Part shown: piece after piece, positions 10,182 to 19,417 of the stretch | Position numbering within the stretch: position 1 is the stretch's first letter | How the letters are laid out: each line of letters starts with the position of its first letter | DNA from: Desulfurococcaceae archaeon | Lineage (GTDB): Archaea > Thermoproteota > Thermoprotei_A > Sulfolobales > Desulfurococcaceae | Reading direction: 5' to 3' | DNA length: 64,000 nucleotides | NCBI GenBank assembly: GCA_038888155.1 | Contig: JAWAJB010000001.1 | Location: forward strand, 224,001-288,000 | Notes under the pieces: model-generated | Database searches by the model: none | What the model was told of the DNA's origin: nothing | Seen by the model: the letters and a program-made list of their open reading frames with translations, nothing else | Translations under genes and position numbers: made by a program

Positions 10182-10190
10182 TCTCTCTCC

Positions 10191-11141
10191 TCATTGATGA
10201 GCTATTCTCCTGTATAGATCATATCCTTTATCTGTAAGGCTTATGTAGTTGTACTTGCCTACGCGCTTAACTGCTACAATGCCGTCGTCCTCGAGCCTCT
10301 TAATCCTCCTACTCACGCTAGACTTCGGCAAACCTGTCTCTTTAACTATTTCTGCTTGCGTAAGCCCTTTAGCTCCTGCTTCTCCTAGCGCTTTCAATAT
10401 AGTTCTCGAAGCGCTATCGTACAAGTAGTCAACCCTCTCTACAAGTATTTTGCTACGCCTTCTAAAGTAGTAAACAGCAAAGGAAATTATTCCCACCGCT
10501 ACTATTGCCCCTGCGATAATGAGCGGGGCTTGGGAGGAGGGGGGAGTGCTTGCAGGAGGCTCCGTCATAGGAATAAACGCAATAATGAGGAGCTCGCTGA
10601 AGCCATTTAGGCACACCCTAGTGTAGTTCTTCTCTTTGATCACCGATATCGTTGCATTTCTCCTCGTAAGGGATGGCTCTATGTTGAACTCGCCGGGCAG
10701 TAGAAGTTCAACTTCGGCGTTGTTCGCCGTGCTGGCCAAGTCGGTAGTGTCGATTAGAGTAACATATGCCCCAATGCCTGTCTCCTCAAATAAGGCACTA
10801 ACGCCAAAATACATTGTTAGAGTGCCGTTGCCTGCAATAAAGGCGTATATTTCAGCGGTGTCGTTTTGGAAATTTAAGCCCCCTACCAAGAGGTTGCTCC
10901 AAGTGTAATTCAATAAATTGATCCTAGTTTGATCTCCAAAAATACCTATGGGGATTACAACCCAGCTTGGTTCCTCTAGGGTTAGCTGAGCGCTTACTTC
11001 TAGTATCCCCCTGCCTTCGAGGGGGTTATACGCTATAAAGTAGCGTATACTAGGCAGGCTTGGAGTAGCGGCTTGAGATAAGCCAATGCTGCAGAGTCCC
11101 CCAAGCATTAAAATCAATGCCAAATGAGCTGCTAGCTTCAA
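10191..11141 (-). CDS. Membrane-anchored winged-HTH regulator (COG2512-like)
   Basis: Signal peptide, extracellular domain, TM helix, C-terminal TQAEI...LPKSSVSRRIKRLE HTH. Confidence 0.8.
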   Translation of the reverse strand: MKLAAHLALILMLGGLCSIGLSQAATPSLPSIRYFIAYNPLEGRGILEVSAQLTLEEPSWVVIPIGIFGDQTRINLLNYTWSNLLVGGLNFQNDTAEIYAFIAGNGTLTMYFGVSALFEETGIGAYVTLIDTTDLASTANNAEVELLLPGEFNIEPSLTRRNATISVIKEKNYTRVCLNGFSELLIIAFIPMTEPPASTPPSSQAPLIIAGAIVAVGIISFAVYYFRRRSKILVERVDYLYDSASRTILKALGEAGAKGLTQAEIVKETGLPKSSVSRRIKRLEDDGIVAVKRVGKYNYISLTDKGYDLYRRIAHQ

Positions 11142-11198
11142 AGCGCTAATTCACCTAAGGTTTTATTAATAGTGTGATGCGTTTATATAAAGTAGCTG

Positions 11199-11840
11199 GT
11201 GTGGGGGGATTTGTGGCACTATAAAGAGCTTATCAGCTGTCCATTAGTTCTAGTGCTGGGCAAGTTTACCTATGGGGATCTCACGGGGTTTGTGTCGCTG
11301 CCTGTGCTAAACCTCAGGGTCTCAATTCTGGTTACAAACAGCGGGGAACACAGAGTTGTTTCTAATGTTTCCAACGAGGAGTGGCTAGACAAGCTATACC
11401 GAGTGTGTAGCGCAGTATTAAGCGGGAACATAAGTAGCCTCAACGATATGGAAAAAATCGAAGCGACTTCAATGATCTACGGAGGTTTAGGATTATACAG
11501 TACAATTGACGGAAATGCTGAGTGCGTTTCGCTTGATTACGTTAACACGAAAAGCTTCTACTTTTACTTAACCCCATCGAAACTCAACGGTAGCTATGCA
11601 GAAGCAAGGCTCGAAGACTGGGTCGCGCTCCAATTTGCGCTTAGGGCGGGCCTCAAAAAAACTCTCCACTATGCTTGTAGCAACATTTCGAGGGATGGCG
11701 GAGAGGTGTGCGCTATTAAATCTAGCCACGGGCTACTGCGCATAACTAGTTCAAGAACCCCGCCCTGGGGAGGTTGCACGAGAGTAATACCCGACAACAG
11801 CCCGCTGAGGCACGTAATAGCTTTAACTGATGACAACTGA
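11199..11840 (+). CDS. Hypothetical protein
   Basis: ORF with GGTG RBS-like element and upstream TATA. Confidence 0.55.
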   Translation: MWGDLWHYKELISCPLVLVLGKFTYGDLTGFVSLPVLNLRVSILVTNSGEHRVVSNVSNEEWLDKLYRVCSAVLSGNISSLNDMEKIEATSMIYGGLGLYSTIDGNAECVSLDYVNTKSFYFYLTPSKLNGSYAEARLEDWVALQFALRAGLKKTLHYACSNISRDGGEVCAIKSSHGLLRITSSRTPPWGGCTRVIPDNSPLRHVIALTDDN

Positions 11841-11841
11841 G

Positions 11842-12366
11842 CTATACTTCACTGCACGCCCTATCTAGGGCGATCTCTAGGGCTTTAACGGGCTCGTAAC
11901 TAGATCTAAATATGAGCTGAAATAGTTCCTCGTAGTGCTTCTTGACTTCCTCAAGGTATGACTTTAGGTCCTCCCAAGGAGGCGCGATGAAGCCGCCCTG
12001 TCCAACCCCTGGGCACTTCGCTGAAACCTCTAGCTTGCTGCTTTCGCCTGGAGATATGGGTATAAAGGGGTAGAGGCGACATCTCAGCGGTCTAGCTGGG
12101 TAAATCGTGCACACTGCCTTAGCCCCCTCTGTTCTAAGGAATGCACACCTGTCTCTAATACCCCGCAGAACAGCTACAGGTATGTAGTCAGCTACTACAA
12201 CATAGAAGTATTTTCCTGCCAGCTCCCTCCAGGCACTGTTAGTGTACTTAGCTAATCTACATATGTCGAACACTGTTAGAGCGACATTTGGTCCACTGCT
12301 ACAGCACCGCCCGCACCTAATACAAGAGTACTGGACAGAGCTACCGGGCTCTATTAAAGTATTCAT
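11842..12366 (-). CDS. YkgJ family cysteine-cluster protein
   Basis: CxxCGxCC, C.FL, C.IY..RP..CR.YPF, CPG. Confidence 0.9.
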   Translation of the reverse strand: MNTLIEPGSSVQYSCIRCGRCCSSGPNVALTVFDICRLAKYTNSAWRELAGKYFYVVVADYIPVAVLRGIRDRCAFLRTEGAKAVCTIYPARPLRCRLYPFIPISPGESSKLEVSAKCPGVGQGGFIAPPWEDLKSYLEEVKKHYEELFQLIFRSSYEPVKALEIALDRACSEV

Positions 12367-12370
12367 TTTT

Positions 12371-12565
12371 TCACAGCCCGCAGTAGCCGCGCATCCTGCA
12401 CTTTTTACACGAGCTTCTGCCGTAGCTAGGCAATTGAGCTCTTTTGCCCCTACACTCGTAGATAACGCCAGAGCTAGTTACGATGAGCAAATTGCCTTGA
12501 TTCTCTTGCTCCCCGTTGGCGCTCACTGCGAAATACACCGTTTGGTGGTTAAATCTAGGCAACAC
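12371..12565 (-). CDS. Small hypothetical protein with C-terminal CxxC-x5-C
   Basis: AGGTG RBS, ends 4 nt before the YkgJ gene. Confidence 0.45.
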   Translation of the reverse strand: MLPRFNHQTVYFAVSANGEQENQGNLLIVTSSGVIYECRGKRAQLPSYGRSSCKKCRMRGYCGL

Positions 12566-12660
12566 CTATGAACTTAGACCCGTATATAGCTATTGGGAGG
12601 GCAAGAGCCTAAAGGTATTTAGCTGTTTCTTTGGAATAAGTAAAAAAGAGGTAGGTTAGT

Positions 12661-13476
12661 TTGCTGGATATCTACAGCCCCAGCGATTACAAGTACATAG
12701 GCTCAGATAAAGTGTCCGCAATTGGAATGGGCACATATGGAATAAGGTCATACGATAGGGCATTCGAGGCATTTGTGTACGCTATAACGCGGGGCGTTAA
12801 CCTGTTAGACACTGCCGAGATGTACGACAGCGGTAGGGCAGAGGAGTTTGTCGGCAGAGTCGTGAAGGAAGTTGGCAGGGACTCCGTGTTCATTACGACC
12901 AAGATGCTACCTAGCAGGCTAGAGGACAAGGACGCTGTAGTGAAGGCAGCTCGCGAATCCCTCAGGCGAATTGGCGTTGCCTATGTCGACCTCTACTTGA
13001 TTCACTGGCCTAATGAGAGAATAAGTATCCAACAGCAAATTCAAAACTTCGAGGTGCTCGCTGATTTAGGTTTGACGAGGTACATTGGAGTTAGCAACTT
13101 TGATGCTGCTCAGTTGAGGATAGCTATGCAGTCTACAAAAAAGAGCGAGATTGCTGTAAACCAAGTACACTACAGCGTACCTAGCAGGTATTACATTGAA
13201 AAAGAGCTGCTTCCCTACTGCATTGAGAGAGGAGTGGTAATACAGGCCTACACTCCTCTCGAGAGGGGGTCTATTGCGGTAAATCCTGCTCTAATTTCAG
13301 TTGCCTCTAAATATAACAAGAGCCCTATACAAGTAGCCCTGAACTACCTGATAAGCCACAAAAACGTAGTAGCGATACCGAAGTCAGAGACAATAGAGCA
13401 TGTCCAGGAAATAGTCGGCTCAATGGGCTGGAGGCTAGACCTCAAGGACTTAGAGTACATTAAGAAACGCGCGTAG
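12661..13476 (+). CDS. Aldo/keto reductase
   Basis: DTAEMY, DLYLIHWP, IGVSNF, AYTPL, AIPKS. Confidence 0.95.
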   Translation: MLDIYSPSDYKYIGSDKVSAIGMGTYGIRSYDRAFEAFVYAITRGVNLLDTAEMYDSGRAEEFVGRVVKEVGRDSVFITTKMLPSRLEDKDAVVKAARESLRRIGVAYVDLYLIHWPNERISIQQQIQNFEVLADLGLTRYIGVSNFDAAQLRIAMQSTKKSEIAVNQVHYSVPSRYYIEKELLPYCIERGVVIQAYTPLERGSIAVNPALISVASKYNKSPIQVALNYLISHKNVVAIPKSETIEHVQEIVGSMGWRLDLKDLEYIKKRA

Positions 13477-13636
13477 CTTAGCTTATAGCCTCCAGCTGTA
13501 AGCAATACTGGATAAGACCTAACTACATGGCTTTAATTCCGCTAGAAAATCGCAGCGATGATGCACTGCGAGTTAGTACACTTGGGGCCCTAGCATAGGA
13601 GTCGCCTTTTTAGGAGGTTAGTTCGCCCGCAGGCTA

Positions 13637-14755
13637 TTAATACGAGTGCCCCAACAGGAATGTGTTCCCAACGTATACGTTTGTCAGGCCATTTTTCTTG
13701 GCTATTCTCACTGCCCTCTCGGCGTGGCTCCAGCTTGTAGTGGGCAGGTCGAGGAGCATGTAGTCTGGGCGATACCCTAGAAAAACGTAAGGTATTTCTG
13801 TATCTATTTTAGCCACGTAATCTGTCATATGTTCTATCTCGTAGTCATCTAAGTAGCCGGGTACGAGCAAAGTGGACACGGTTAGCAGGGGCGGGAGCCT
13901 CCTTTTGTGCACGTATTTACCTATTAGGCTGATGTTTCTCTTTATTAGATCGACGTGTTCTCTCTCAACATCGCATAGGGCTTTGTAGACCTCGGGGCTC
14001 CACGCCTTAAAATCTACTTTAACAATGCCCCCTGTATCTAGGCTCAGCTTTACTGCTTCCTCGAGTAGCAATGGATTCCAGAGGCCGTTAGTTTCCCAGC
14101 AAACTCTAAGGGTTCTTAAACCAGTCGATCGAGCCCTCTCAACCATCTTCTTCGAGGCTAAAATGGCGTGAGGAGCGAAGGGGCCAGGATCGCCGCCGAA
14201 GAAGCATACGCAGGACGTCCTGCTGTTCACAGCTTTAACGAGCGAATCTATGCTTAGCCTCGGGCTTGCTGAGTGGGCCATTCTGCGGTAATCCCAGTTC
14301 TGACAGTATAAACAGTCCATGCTACAGCCACCGTAGAAGACCGCAATGTTGTAGAAGCCCTGCTCCCCACTTGGAGAGAGGGCGTACTCTGGGTAGCCTA
14401 AACCAGTTGTTGCCGGGCAGACGTGTGCAGCAACGCAGTTTGTTGGGTGAGGGTCGTAGTAGTACAGGCCGACTGCTTCGTGAGGGGATCCAGTGGATGT
14501 TTTAAGGCTATTTCCCAGTGCACTTAAGTACCCGCAGTAGCCTCTCCCCCCAGCGGGTATACTGCATCTTCTTCCACAAGTAAAACATCTAACTCCGCTC
14601 CTTAAGTCTTTGAAGCTAGGTAACTTGAAGGATATACGGGATTTTTCGTGGAGGTCTGCGCTAAGTTTTACGCCCTTCCTCAAACAATCTACGCAGAGAT
14701 TAATAGCGTTGCTTATAGTTACTGATGAGGCGCTACAGCTTGCACAAGTCCCCAT
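13637..14755 (-). CDS. Radical SAM protein (PflA/AmmeMemoRadiSam-related)
   Basis: GCSMDCLYCQNW motif, N-terminal Cys clusters, WETNG. Confidence 0.85.
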   Translation of the reverse strand: MGTCASCSASSVTISNAINLCVDCLRKGVKLSADLHEKSRISFKLPSFKDLRSGVRCFTCGRRCSIPAGGRGYCGYLSALGNSLKTSTGSPHEAVGLYYYDPHPTNCVAAHVCPATTGLGYPEYALSPSGEQGFYNIAVFYGGCSMDCLYCQNWDYRRMAHSASPRLSIDSLVKAVNSRTSCVCFFGGDPGPFAPHAILASKKMVERARSTGLRTLRVCWETNGLWNPLLLEEAVKLSLDTGGIVKVDFKAWSPEVYKALCDVEREHVDLIKRNISLIGKYVHKRRLPPLLTVSTLLVPGYLDDYEIEHMTDYVAKIDTEIPYVFLGYRPDYMLLDLPTTSWSHAERAVRIAKKNGLTNVYVGNTFLLGHSY

Positions 14756-14857
14756 CTATATCCCAGCTACCTATTTGGAGTTGCCCCTATTATGCACTGT
14801 AAGTTGCAGTTGATGGTTATTAAGGGATATAACAAATGCCCCCATGGTGCAAGCTGA

Positions 14858-15367
14858 TTGGGCAACGTCGGGAGGGAAAAAATAGCTAAGCTGCTTGAAG
14901 TACTGATAGATGAGCCAAGAATAAGCATTAGAAAAATATCCGGGAAAACGGGCCTAAGCTATGCATCTATAAGGCGAAGGCTTAAGTCTATGAACTCGAG
15001 AAATATTCTTTCATTTAGCGTTCTTCTATCTGCAGACTTAATGGGCAGAGATGTTGCCATTGTGCGGTTCAAGACGAGTAAGCTGGATCACTTGCTGAAC
15101 TTGGCGCTTCACTGCAATAAAGTACTAGTTGGGGCTAGAATAAACAGCGAGGAGGCCCTTATGGTAATTAACGGCGAGAGCAAGCAGGAAATAGCTAGCA
15201 CTGTCGATAAAATTAGATCAAGCGTTGATGATCTAAGGGAGATCTCGGTAGAGTACGGCAAGCTACCAGCGAGATTTATGGTGAGGATTAAAAACAAGAA
15301 CTTGAACTGCAACCCGCATCTGAGCTGCAACAACTGCGCACAAATCAACAGCAGCCACTACTCCTAG
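14858..15367 (+). CDS. Lrp/AsnC family transcriptional regulator
   Basis: N-terminal HTH, Cys-rich tail. Confidence 0.75.
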   Translation: MGNVGREKIAKLLEVLIDEPRISIRKISGKTGLSYASIRRRLKSMNSRNILSFSVLLSADLMGRDVAIVRFKTSKLDHLLNLALHCNKVLVGARINSEEALMVINGESKQEIASTVDKIRSSVDDLREISVEYGKLPARFMVRIKNKNLNCNPHLSCNNCAQINSSHYS

Positions 15368-15394
15368 AGAGCTCGCTAAGTGCTGTTCGTCCCA

Positions 15395-16069
15395 CTAAGT
15401 GCTTATATCCTTGCAGGGCTTCAGCTTCAATACCTTGTTCTCCAGCAAAAGCCTCTCGAGGAGCGGCACGACTTCCTTGATTGGCTTATCTGCGTTAACT
15501 TCTATAAGCCTGCGAGTAGTTAAATAGTAGTTAATTATTGGGCTGAATGACTGATAGAACACTCTATACCTCTTTATAATGATCTCCGGTTCGTCGTCCT
15601 TTCTCCTAAGCAGTTTAGCTCCATCGTAATCGCACTTCTCATCTTCTCTGGGCTTAGGTTCATAGTAAATGTTGTAAACCCTGCCGCAGGAAGGGCAGAC
15701 AACTCTACCGCTAAGTCTTTTAACGGCAACATCCTCTGAGACTACCAAGTGTATTGCAGCGTCAATTGCGACGAACTCGTCAAGCGACTTCGCTTGGCTC
15801 AGCGTCCTAGGGTAGCCATCCAGTATGAAGCCTCTTGCTGCGCTTGGCTCGCTCAATTTCCTCTTAACTACATCAGTTACTATGTCGTCGGGGACTAAGA
15901 GGCCCTGCTCTACGTACGGTTTTACCATGATGCCGAGTGGAGTGCCCCTGGAGATCTCCTGCCTGAAGATCTCGCCCGTGCTTATTTGAGGTATGCAGTA
16001 TTTTTCGCTGAAGTACTGCGCGTATACCCCTTTACCTGCACCGGGTGCTCCAATTAATACTACCTTCAT
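15395..16069 (-). CDS. adk: Adenylate kinase (bacterial type, Zn-lid)
   Basis: GAPGAGKG, GFILDGYPR, CxxC...CDYD lid, RKDD. Confidence 0.93.
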   Translation of the reverse strand: MKVVLIGAPGAGKGVYAQYFSEKYCIPQISTGEIFRQEISRGTPLGIMVKPYVEQGLLVPDDIVTDVVKRKLSEPSAARGFILDGYPRTLSQAKSLDEFVAIDAAIHLVVSEDVAVKRLSGRVVCPSCGRVYNIYYEPKPREDEKCDYDGAKLLRRKDDEPEIIIKRYRVFYQSFSPIINYYLTTRRLIEVNADKPIKEVVPLLERLLLENKVLKLKPCKDIST

Positions 16070-16109
16070 GTATGATCACTTGCATTTACCGATAATGTAA
16101 GTGGGGCAA

Positions 16110-17264
16110 CTAAGATTTTAAGCGCTGATCTTCTAGGCCGAGCCACTTCATGAGTATATCGTACGCTTTGAACTTAGATATGGATCTGCTCCCCGGTGGA
16201 CCTGGCATCTTCATGTAAAATGAGTTCACCTCGTATATAGTGCCGTAGCTAGCCCTATCTAGTGCCATTTTCCCTAGCCTAACGAGGTCTACGAGCAATC
16301 CAGCAATTGCAGGTTTGTCGTTTACTCTCATTATCACGTAGATCTCGTCTTTAAACTCTCCGAAGCTCAAGTACTCTACAATCATTGCGACGAACTTTTT
16401 ATCTCCAAGCGGCTCTAGGTATCCTGTTGGGCGTATGTAGTTAGGCACGCTGTATCCAAGTATGTCCTCTATAACGCTGCTCTTAGTCTTCTTTTTCATT
16501 ACGTTTCTCTCGGGCTGGGCTAGCGCGTAGAAATCTGGGTTTCCCCCAATATTGAATTGCGCTACATCTAATACGCGCCTTCGCCTCTCGTAGAGGTGCT
16601 CGAGCAGGTCAGCAGTCAACGGAGTTGCCCCTGTTGCTGCATCGTCCCCGAACATAACCCCTCTGCTTTCTCTGTACAAGTTAATGAAGCCCCAGTCGTT
16701 GGCGAGAGGCGAAGGTATTCCATTTATGAAGGCAGCGCCTTTATACTTAGCTGAGTAAAGGGCTGTAGCGTAGGCGTAGGCTTGAGACGCGGTTAGATCG
16801 CCGCTAGTAAACCTGCTGTGGAGTTCTCCTAGGCTTCCTGCAGGCTCAACGGGCTCGGTAGTAATTATATTTATGATTACGTCTGCGCCTAGCTCTTTCC
16901 AGTCATCAATGAGCATGAAAACAGCGTCCTTTAGGTCTCGATCTTCCTCGATGCCCCGCGCCTTTAGCGGCAACCCCTTTACGCTCCCGAGGTGTATACC
17001 GCGCCTAACGAGGATATCCTTTAGGCTTCCCGGAATTGGCGCCGAGCCGCTGTAATCCTTTTTGGCGAGTTCGTACACTGTTTTGCCCACTTTGGACTCG
17101 TCGACGTCGTATGAAGCCACTATTTCTATGTCGCTGTACTTGTACGGGAGCCTAGTACTCAGCGGAACCCCGTAGTCTGGTATTTCATTTGCCTTCAGCT
17201 TCTCTAGCCCAACTTCGAAGTGCAAAGCTGCAAGACCTTGCCCTAAAATCACTGTGCGAATCAT
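16110..17264 (-). CDS. ino1: myo-inositol-1-phosphate synthase
   Basis: GDDAATGATPL, QFNIGGN.DF, GDKKF, DKPAIAG. Confidence 0.92.
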   Translation of the reverse strand: MIRTVILGQGLAALHFEVGLEKLKANEIPDYGVPLSTRLPYKYSDIEIVASYDVDESKVGKTVYELAKKDYSGSAPIPGSLKDILVRRGIHLGSVKGLPLKARGIEEDRDLKDAVFMLIDDWKELGADVIINIITTEPVEPAGSLGELHSRFTSGDLTASQAYAYATALYSAKYKGAAFINGIPSPLANDWGFINLYRESRGVMFGDDAATGATPLTADLLEHLYERRRRVLDVAQFNIGGNPDFYALAQPERNVMKKKTKSSVIEDILGYSVPNYIRPTGYLEPLGDKKFVAMIVEYLSFGEFKDEIYVIMRVNDKPAIAGLLVDLVRLGKMALDRASYGTIYEVNSFYMKMPGPPGSRSISKFKAYDILMKWLGLEDQRLKS

Positions 17265-17270
17265 TCATTA

Positions 17271-17597
17271 TCACCCGTGGAGCTTAAGCTTCGCGAGAAC
17301 CTCCTCTATGAAGACTAGGCCTTCTCTGTACGCGTTAATGCCTCTCTCGGTGAGAGAGTAGAAGACTTCTTCTCCCCTGTGCTCTCTAGTCAGTAGCCCG
17401 TCTCTAACCATTCTGTAGAGTACAGTGTAAACAGTTACTGCTGGAGGATCTATTTTGAATAAATCCCTGAGAGCGACCTTTATGTCGTAAGCTTTCAGGG
17501 GAGCGCCTCTACTTTTCAAGACGCAAACAACGTATAGCCACAAGTTCTCCACCGTGAGTTTCTTTTTGAGCCGTACAAGTGCTCTTGGGCTGTCCAA
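17271..17597 (-). CDS. PadR family regulator
   Basis: ENLWLY, Y.VLYRM..DGL, YSLTERG. Confidence 0.85.
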   Translation of the reverse strand: MDSPRALVRLKKKLTVENLWLYVVCVLKSRGAPLKAYDIKVALRDLFKIDPPAVTVYTVLYRMVRDGLLTREHRGEEVFYSLTERGINAYREGLVFIEEVLAKLKLHG

Positions 17598-17685
17598 TGC
17601 CTTACCCTAATTAAAAACTTATTCACGATCACAAATATAAATGTTTCAAGACAGGATTAGTCTGCAGGTGATCCTAGGTTTAAAA

Positions 17686-18942
17686 TTAAGGGACTAGCCT
17701 AGTCCTATCTCGAACGAACATTATAGCCTCTCGTATATTCTCTAGGCCGAGGAGCTTCATTAATAACCTCTCAACGCCGAGCCCAAAGCCGCCGTGAGGA
17801 GGCATGCCGTACTTGAAAGCCTCGAGGTAGAAGTCGAAGTCTGAGGGATTTAATCCCTTTTCTCGGAGGGCATCAATGAGTTTCTCGTACCTGTGCTCTC
17901 TCTGCCCTCCACTAGCGATTTCTAGGCCACGGAAATCTAAGTCAAACTTCCTAGTGTGCACCCCATCGTCTTCCCTCATGTAGTAAAAGCCTGTTGCCTG
18001 CCGCGGAAAGCCAACAATGAAGTACAAGTAGTGCTTTTTCTCGCTCAGTATTTCGCCCAGTTTTCTCTCGGCGTAGTCGCTTAAGTCTTCCCCTTCGCTA
18101 ACCTCAACTCCCTCTGCCTTCAAGATGTCAACTGCCTCTGTGAACTTAAGCCTCTTAAATGGGGGTACAATCTTCGGAAGTTCTACGCCGAGGATTTCAA
18201 GTTCTTCCTTGCGGCGGGCCTCAATGTAGCTCGCAATGTACGATATGAGGTTTTCGAGCGTGTTCATTACATCCTCTACGCCAGCAATAAATCCCTGCTC
18301 GGCATCAATTCCCCACAATTCATTGAGGTGCCTTACTGTATTGAACTTCTCTGCCCTAAAGTAAGGAGTGATCTCGTAAATTCGCTCAAAGCTGCTAATT
18401 AGTATTTGCTTGTAAAGCTGGGGGCTCTGGCTCAAGTAGGCCTCCCTCTCGAAGTATTGGACCTTAAATAGAGTAGCCCCTCCCTCAGCGCCTGCAGCCA
18501 CTAGCTTTGGAGTTTGAACCTCTATAAAGTTGTTTTTGTCAAAAAATTCGCGAGCGGCCTTTAGTAGATCTGCTTTGACTTTGAAAATAGCTTTTTCAAC
18601 TGGATTCCTCGCTAGGAGCCACCTGTACTTAATTCTCGTGTCCATTAGCGAGGGGACTTTCCCCGATACATCTACAGGCAGAGGCTCCACGGGCTGCCCG
18701 TAAATCTCTATTTTACTAACTCTATACTCTAGCCCGCGCTTGCTCTTCTGCTCTTGAGCCGGAGAGCCCTCAAAGCATATAGCGGTGCCTACTACTAGTT
18801 TGCTAGCCACTTGGAATAGCTCTACATCCCTGTCTTCTTTTAGTACGAGCACTAAAGGCTTTGCGTTGTTTCCGCAGACTTCAACAATTAAGATTTTCCC
18901 AACTCTCGCCGTTCGAATAACCCAGCCGCACTCCCTTGCCAA
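17686..18942 (-). CDS. aspS: Aspartate-tRNA ligase
   Basis: AEGGA, LSQSPQLYKQ, FRAE, GGQREH, GMPPHGGFGLGVERL; TTG start after AGGTGG RBS. Confidence 0.95.
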   Translation of the reverse strand: MARECGWVIRTARVGKILIVEVCGNNAKPLVLVLKEDRDVELFQVASKLVVGTAICFEGSPAQEQKSKRGLEYRVSKIEIYGQPVEPLPVDVSGKVPSLMDTRIKYRWLLARNPVEKAIFKVKADLLKAAREFFDKNNFIEVQTPKLVAAGAEGGATLFKVQYFEREAYLSQSPQLYKQILISSFERIYEITPYFRAEKFNTVRHLNELWGIDAEQGFIAGVEDVMNTLENLISYIASYIEARRKEELEILGVELPKIVPPFKRLKFTEAVDILKAEGVEVSEGEDLSDYAERKLGEILSEKKHYLYFIVGFPRQATGFYYMREDDGVHTRKFDLDFRGLEIASGGQREHRYEKLIDALREKGLNPSDFDFYLEAFKYGMPPHGGFGLGVERLLMKLLGLENIREAIMFVRDRTRLVP

Positions 18943-19055
18943 GAATTTCCACCTGAATACTCTACGTAAGGCACTTAATTTAAAAATAAATGAGTACGGG
19001 GGTTTAATACTCAAACGAGATCTTAGGAGTGGCGGGGCCCGCTATGAAGCGAGAG

Positions 19056-19098
19056 TAGCGGGGGGTGGATTTGAACCACCGACCTCGGGGTTATGAGC
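19056..19098 (-). tRNA. 3' half (positions 31-73) of split initiator tRNA-Met(CAT)
   Basis: GCTCATAACCCCGAGGTCGGTGGTTCAAATCCACCCCCCGCTA, preceded by a 22-nt GC-rich leader (19099-19120) and its own TATA box. Confidence 0.9.
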
Positions 19099-19144
19099 TT
19101 CGCGGGGCCGGGCTGCCGCTCTATTATACTAGAGTGGTTTTCCG

Positions 19145-19152
19145 CTTATAAA
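19145..19152 (-). promoter_or_regulatory. TATA box of the 3'-half tRNA gene
   Basis: TTTATAAG 25 nt upstream of the leader start, preceded by purine-rich BRE-like sequence. Confidence 0.7.
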
Positions 19153-19272
19153 TTTTATCGCTGGGGCAAGGAAATATGCCTGTTGCGTTAGTTGATGTAA
19201 ATGCTCCTGTGTGATTGCTGCAGCTGACAACATTAAATAATTGGAGAAAAGTGAAGCGCCTGTAGAAATGTG

Positions 19273-19278
19273 AAAAAA
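19273..19278 (-). terminator. Oligo-T terminator after the 5'-half tRNA trailer
   Basis: TTTTTT directly after GGCTGCCGC. Confidence 0.6.
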
Positions 19279-19296
19279 GCGGCAGCCACGGCGCCT

Positions 19297-19327
19297 CCCG
19301 CGGGCTACCAGGCTGCCCTACCCCGCT
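19297..19327 (-). tRNA. 5' half (positions 1-30) of split initiator tRNA-Met(CAT)
   Basis: AGCGGGGTAGGGCAGCCTGGTAGCCCGCGGG (A1, D-arm), then a trailer complementary to the 3'-half leader; TTTTAAGG TATA at 19363-19370. Confidence 0.9.
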
Positions 19328-19417
19328 GTTAAACCCCGCCAATTCTACCTTTCTGTTTTATCCCTTAAAAACTTGAAGAGCTGGGCGAGCGAAGCCGATA
19401 TAGCTGCCAATTTACTC

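Noticed and set aside
19056-19098. tRNA 3' fragment as an attR scar of an integrated element
   Set aside because: No intact copy or integrase nearby; the complementary flanks, BHB and promoters fit a split tRNA
19124-19342. 72-aa ORF in the ORF track
   Set aside because: Overlaps the 5' tRNA half, its terminator and the second promoter; spurious
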